A stretch of DNA of 63,048 nucleotides, taken from positions 1-63,048 of the IMG/VR virus record IMGVR_UViG_3300049328_000002; one strand, written 5' to 3'. The notes beneath the pieces are model-generated. The model searched no databases. It saw only the letters and a list, made by a program, of their open reading frames with translations, and had not been told where the DNA came from. How positions within the stretch are numbered: the first letter of the stretch is position 1; every line of letters begins with the position of its first letter. Both the position numbers and the translations under genes were made by a program. This document shows, piece after piece, positions 60,600-63,048 of the stretch. The DNA is from a virus. Its lineage: Duplodnaviria > Caudoviricetes.

Positions 60600-60614
60600 T
60601 CCACAAACAGTTAA
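60600..60614. promoter_or_regulatory. Degenerate TCAAC-N5-GTTGA box
   Basis: TCCACAAACAGTTAA, intergenic. Confidence 0.55.
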
Positions 60615-60634
60615 CTTTATAGGCGGATCGAATC

Positions 60635-61534
60635 ATGGAAACATGGGATCAAGAAGTAGCGCGCAATCGCACACTAGACCAGAAAGCATTGGCTAAACGT
60701 CTGCGCGAACGGCAAGCGCGGCGCGCTCAATACTTCGCATCGTTTGGCGATAAACGAATCGCGCGTCGCGTACTCGCAGGCACCAGCGGCAATTGGCACA
60801 AGCGCCACAATGGCGAACAGGTTTATTTCTGCGATACGTGGCCAGCTGGCTGGCGCGACCTTGGCGACGTGCACGCGATCCGTGATAGCGGCTTTGTGAG
60901 CATCCGCCATAACGGATGGTATGCCGACGATATGCAAAGCGCGCTCATCATTGGCCGCGTATTGCAATTGCCAGCTGCGCGCGACGGTTCGCCGCGCTAT
61001 GTGCCCGCGACGCACTCCAGCGAATGGGATGGCGTTACGCTTTATCTCAATGACGTTTGCGACAATCTGCGCGACGCGGTTTTCCGTGCGGATCGGTGCG
61101 CGGAGATACAAGCGGAAGAGTCGCGCGACGATAACGCCAAGTTTCAAGCGGAACAGCGGATAGAAAGTCTGCGCGAGGATATCAGCACGGCGCGCAAAGC
61201 CTGCTTGACGTTGCTCCGCGAGATGCGGCCGTTTCGTAAGACAAGCAATCTAGTCGTTGACGGCGCGGTTTACCCTAATGATCCAGATGGCCCGCTATTT
61301 GAAGGCGACGGGGAATTCCCGCCGTTCGCCATATTCAACGTTTCGGAACAGAACCATTTACCGGAAAGGTACGCGACCCGCGACGAGGCGCAAATAGCTC
61401 TCGCGAGAATGCAAAGCCCAACTATCTGCAATGTGCTGCGCGCTCGCGTCGCGGACTACTGCGAAGAAATAAAAGAAGCGCGTGCGCGCATTGCCGCGCT
61501 GACTGATAACTATTGGCTCGCGGTAGGGGAATAA
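60635..61534 (+). CDS. Hypothetical early protein
   Basis: 299-aa ORF within the operon. Confidence 0.8.
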   Translation: METWDQEVARNRTLDQKALAKRLRERQARRAQYFASFGDKRIARRVLAGTSGNWHKRHNGEQVYFCDTWPAGWRDLGDVHAIRDSGFVSIRHNGWYADDMQSALIIGRVLQLPAARDGSPRYVPATHSSEWDGVTLYLNDVCDNLRDAVFRADRCAEIQAEESRDDNAKFQAEQRIESLREDISTARKACLTLLREMRPFRKTSNLVVDGAVYPNDPDGPLFEGDGEFPPFAIFNVSEQNHLPERYATRDEAQIALARMQSPTICNVLRARVADYCEEIKEARARIAALTDNYWLAVGE

Positions 61535-61536
61535 TC

Positions 61537-61923
61537 ATGGCGAACATAGCAGCGAACGTTAAGCGGTTGTGCGAGTTAAAGGACATCACGCCAGCGCAAG
61601 CGAAAGAAATTCGCGCGGTATGGTGCAAATTCACTCGCGCGGAGCTAAAGGAAAAGTCGCAAGCCGTGCGCGACCTGATCCAGTACACAAACGGCGGCGC
61701 ATCTTTGTCTACTCGCCGCATGCGCATGGCGTGCATTAACGCGATTTTCGACTCACATGGCATTGAGTACCTTGGGTTAGACCGCCGCACCAATGACGAT
61801 GTTTATTACTGCAATGCTGGCGATACCTACGCGCCGACAATCATATTTCGTGGTCGCGTTTTGTCGGTCGGTTGTTGGGGCGATCTAATCGAACGTAACG
61901 CAATTCGCGAGGTGCAATCATGA
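61537..61923 (+). CDS. Hypothetical early protein
   Basis: HGIEY...YCNAGDTYAPTI...WGD. Confidence 0.8.
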   Translation: MANIAANVKRLCELKDITPAQAKEIRAVWCKFTRAELKEKSQAVRDLIQYTNGGASLSTRRMRMACINAIFDSHGIEYLGLDRRTNDDVYYCNAGDTYAPTIIFRGRVLSVGCWGDLIERNAIREVQS

Positions 61924-62159
61924 AAATAGAAAATCCGAAATGCCCCACATGCGGCGCCGTTTGTGTCGGAACCATTGAGCGCGTTACAGGGGTTGCCTGC
62001 ATTGTTGAGGATGAAAGCGAGCCGGGTACATTCGAGTATGAAGGCGGAACCGAAATAATTTGGGATTCGCAAAAAACAGTAGCGGACAACACTGGCCGCG
62101 TCACAGTGACGTGCGATAACGGCCATGAGTGGCCTACGCACATTAGCGAGGTGGAATAG
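61920..62159 (+). CDS. Small Zn-ribbon protein
   Basis: CPTCG...CDNGHEW; GAGG RBS. Confidence 0.75.
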   Translation: MKIENPKCPTCGAVCVGTIERVTGVACIVEDESEPGTFEYEGGTEIIWDSQKTVADNTGRVTVTCDNGHEWPTHISEVE

Positions 62160-62162
62160 GCC

Positions 62163-62639
62163 ATGAAACAACTAGCACAAGAAATAATCGACCTGTACGC
62201 GCAAGGATTGTCCGGCATGGATATGCCGCTACTTCAGCGGCTCATTGATCTAGGCGATCAAGCGGCGGAAATTATTAGCATGTGCGACCAGATAGACCGC
62301 ATGCAATCGGCGCTGGTAGCGGCAGAAAGTTTTATCAGCGGCTTTGAAGATGACGAAATGCAGGAAGGTATAGACGAATTGCTGGCCATGCTGCGCGCTG
62401 AAATGCCGTTGTCCGCGTTACCTCCGGGTACGCGCATCCTTTCTATTCATGGAGAATGCGACGATGGCGACGCGGGACCGCGCAGCACTGGCCCGAATGC
62501 AATCGGCACTATCCTGGAAGGTGGCTTGATCGATGGCCATTACCCGGTAGGGTTTGAAAACGGAACATCTGTTTTCATCACTCCCGCCGAATTGAGCGAC
62601 GCGGAGCAGTACCGCGTACTGGTTAACGAGGTGCAATAG
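62163..62639 (+). CDS. Hypothetical acidic early protein
   Basis: GAGGTGG RBS, 158 aa. Confidence 0.75.
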   Translation: MKQLAQEIIDLYAQGLSGMDMPLLQRLIDLGDQAAEIISMCDQIDRMQSALVAAESFISGFEDDEMQEGIDELLAMLRAEMPLSALPPGTRILSIHGECDDGDAGPRSTGPNAIGTILEGGLIDGHYPVGFENGTSVFITPAELSDAEQYRVLVNEVQ

Positions 62640-62827
62640 TGAAGCGCGTAACTATCAAACCCGAATTGACCGCACGCGAAGCGGCGGCGCTTGCGCAGTT
62701 TCTTAAGCGCGTCGGATTCTACGAGGTGCGTGTTAACGCGGTTGACGATGCGGAATGTTATCTGATCCGCGACGCGCTAGACGAGGTTCGTAACGCACTG
62801 GCCAGCGCTGGTTACGCGCCGCGCTAA
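62639..62827 (+). CDS. Small hypothetical early protein
   Basis: ALAQFLKR...ALA.AGYAPR; GAGG RBS. Confidence 0.75.
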   Translation: MKRVTIKPELTAREAAALAQFLKRVGFYEVRVNAVDDAECYLIRDALDEVRNALASAGYAPR

Positions 62828-62841
62828 TAGGGGGAAAAGAA

Positions 62842-63048
62842 ATGTTAAAACTTGAATGTGCGCACGCTGATACGTGCCTCGCGGACTACTGGTCCGGGCA
62901 TCACTTGCCGCATGTACAGATTCCCGTATGGCACGGAATGAAACTACGCGAGATTAAAGAAGCTATCCGCGCCGAATTACGGCAAGGCGCGGTTGCCGGT
63001 AGCGGCGACGATGCGCGGTTGCTTAGTGCCGATATGGTGCGACCTGGG
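62842..63048 (+). CDS. Hypothetical early protein, 5' part (continues to 295)
   Basis: MLKLECAHADTCLADYWSGHH..., in frame with ORF 17-295. Confidence 0.75.
   Translation, partial: MLKLECAHADTCLADYWSGHHLPHVQIPVWHGMKLREIKEAIRAELRQGAVAGSGDDARLLSADMVRPG

Noticed and set aside
62922-63048. Biological terminal repeat
   Set aside because: Exactly 127 nt (a typical assembler k-mer) and it falls mid-gene; the cos site and GpA terminase indicate cohesive ends elsewhere

Overview
The window is a complete, circularly permuted genome of a temperate Chi-like siphophage (Casjensviridae-type gene layout). Its unique length is 62,921 bp: bases 1-127 repeat 62922-63048, which is an assembly overlap. A Chi-like 12-nt cos site with a lambda-like cosQ lies at about 1743-1789. 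Reading from cos, the modules are: (1) replication (primase-helicase, MazG-like enzyme, Cas4-like nuclease, SSB, family B polymerase, VRR-NUC, SNF2 helicase); (2) regulators; (3) lambda-like terminase and head genes; (4) tail genes, with a -1 frameshift chaperone and a triple-LamG tail tip; (5) an atypical lysis cassette; (6) a second fibre-like module (collagen, FN3, repeats); (7) a leftward accessory arm (NADAR, DEDD exonuclease, large serine integrase, RdgC); (8) a rightward block of small early genes. The most notable observations are: a shared acidic C-terminal (D/N)EL tag on eight unrelated proteins, mostly DNA-transaction proteins; an attP inside the integrase 3' end that matches a tRNA-fMet-like 3' end and would rewrite the integrase C-terminus on integration; a genome-wide TCAAC-N5-GTTGA box regulon, often in 20-bp-spaced pairs; a second operator family on the early promoters; two iteron-like arrays; a candidate structured RNA; and a recurring GGxRY peptide motif in the post-lysis module. 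All product calls come from motif recognition and synteny; no database search was run.
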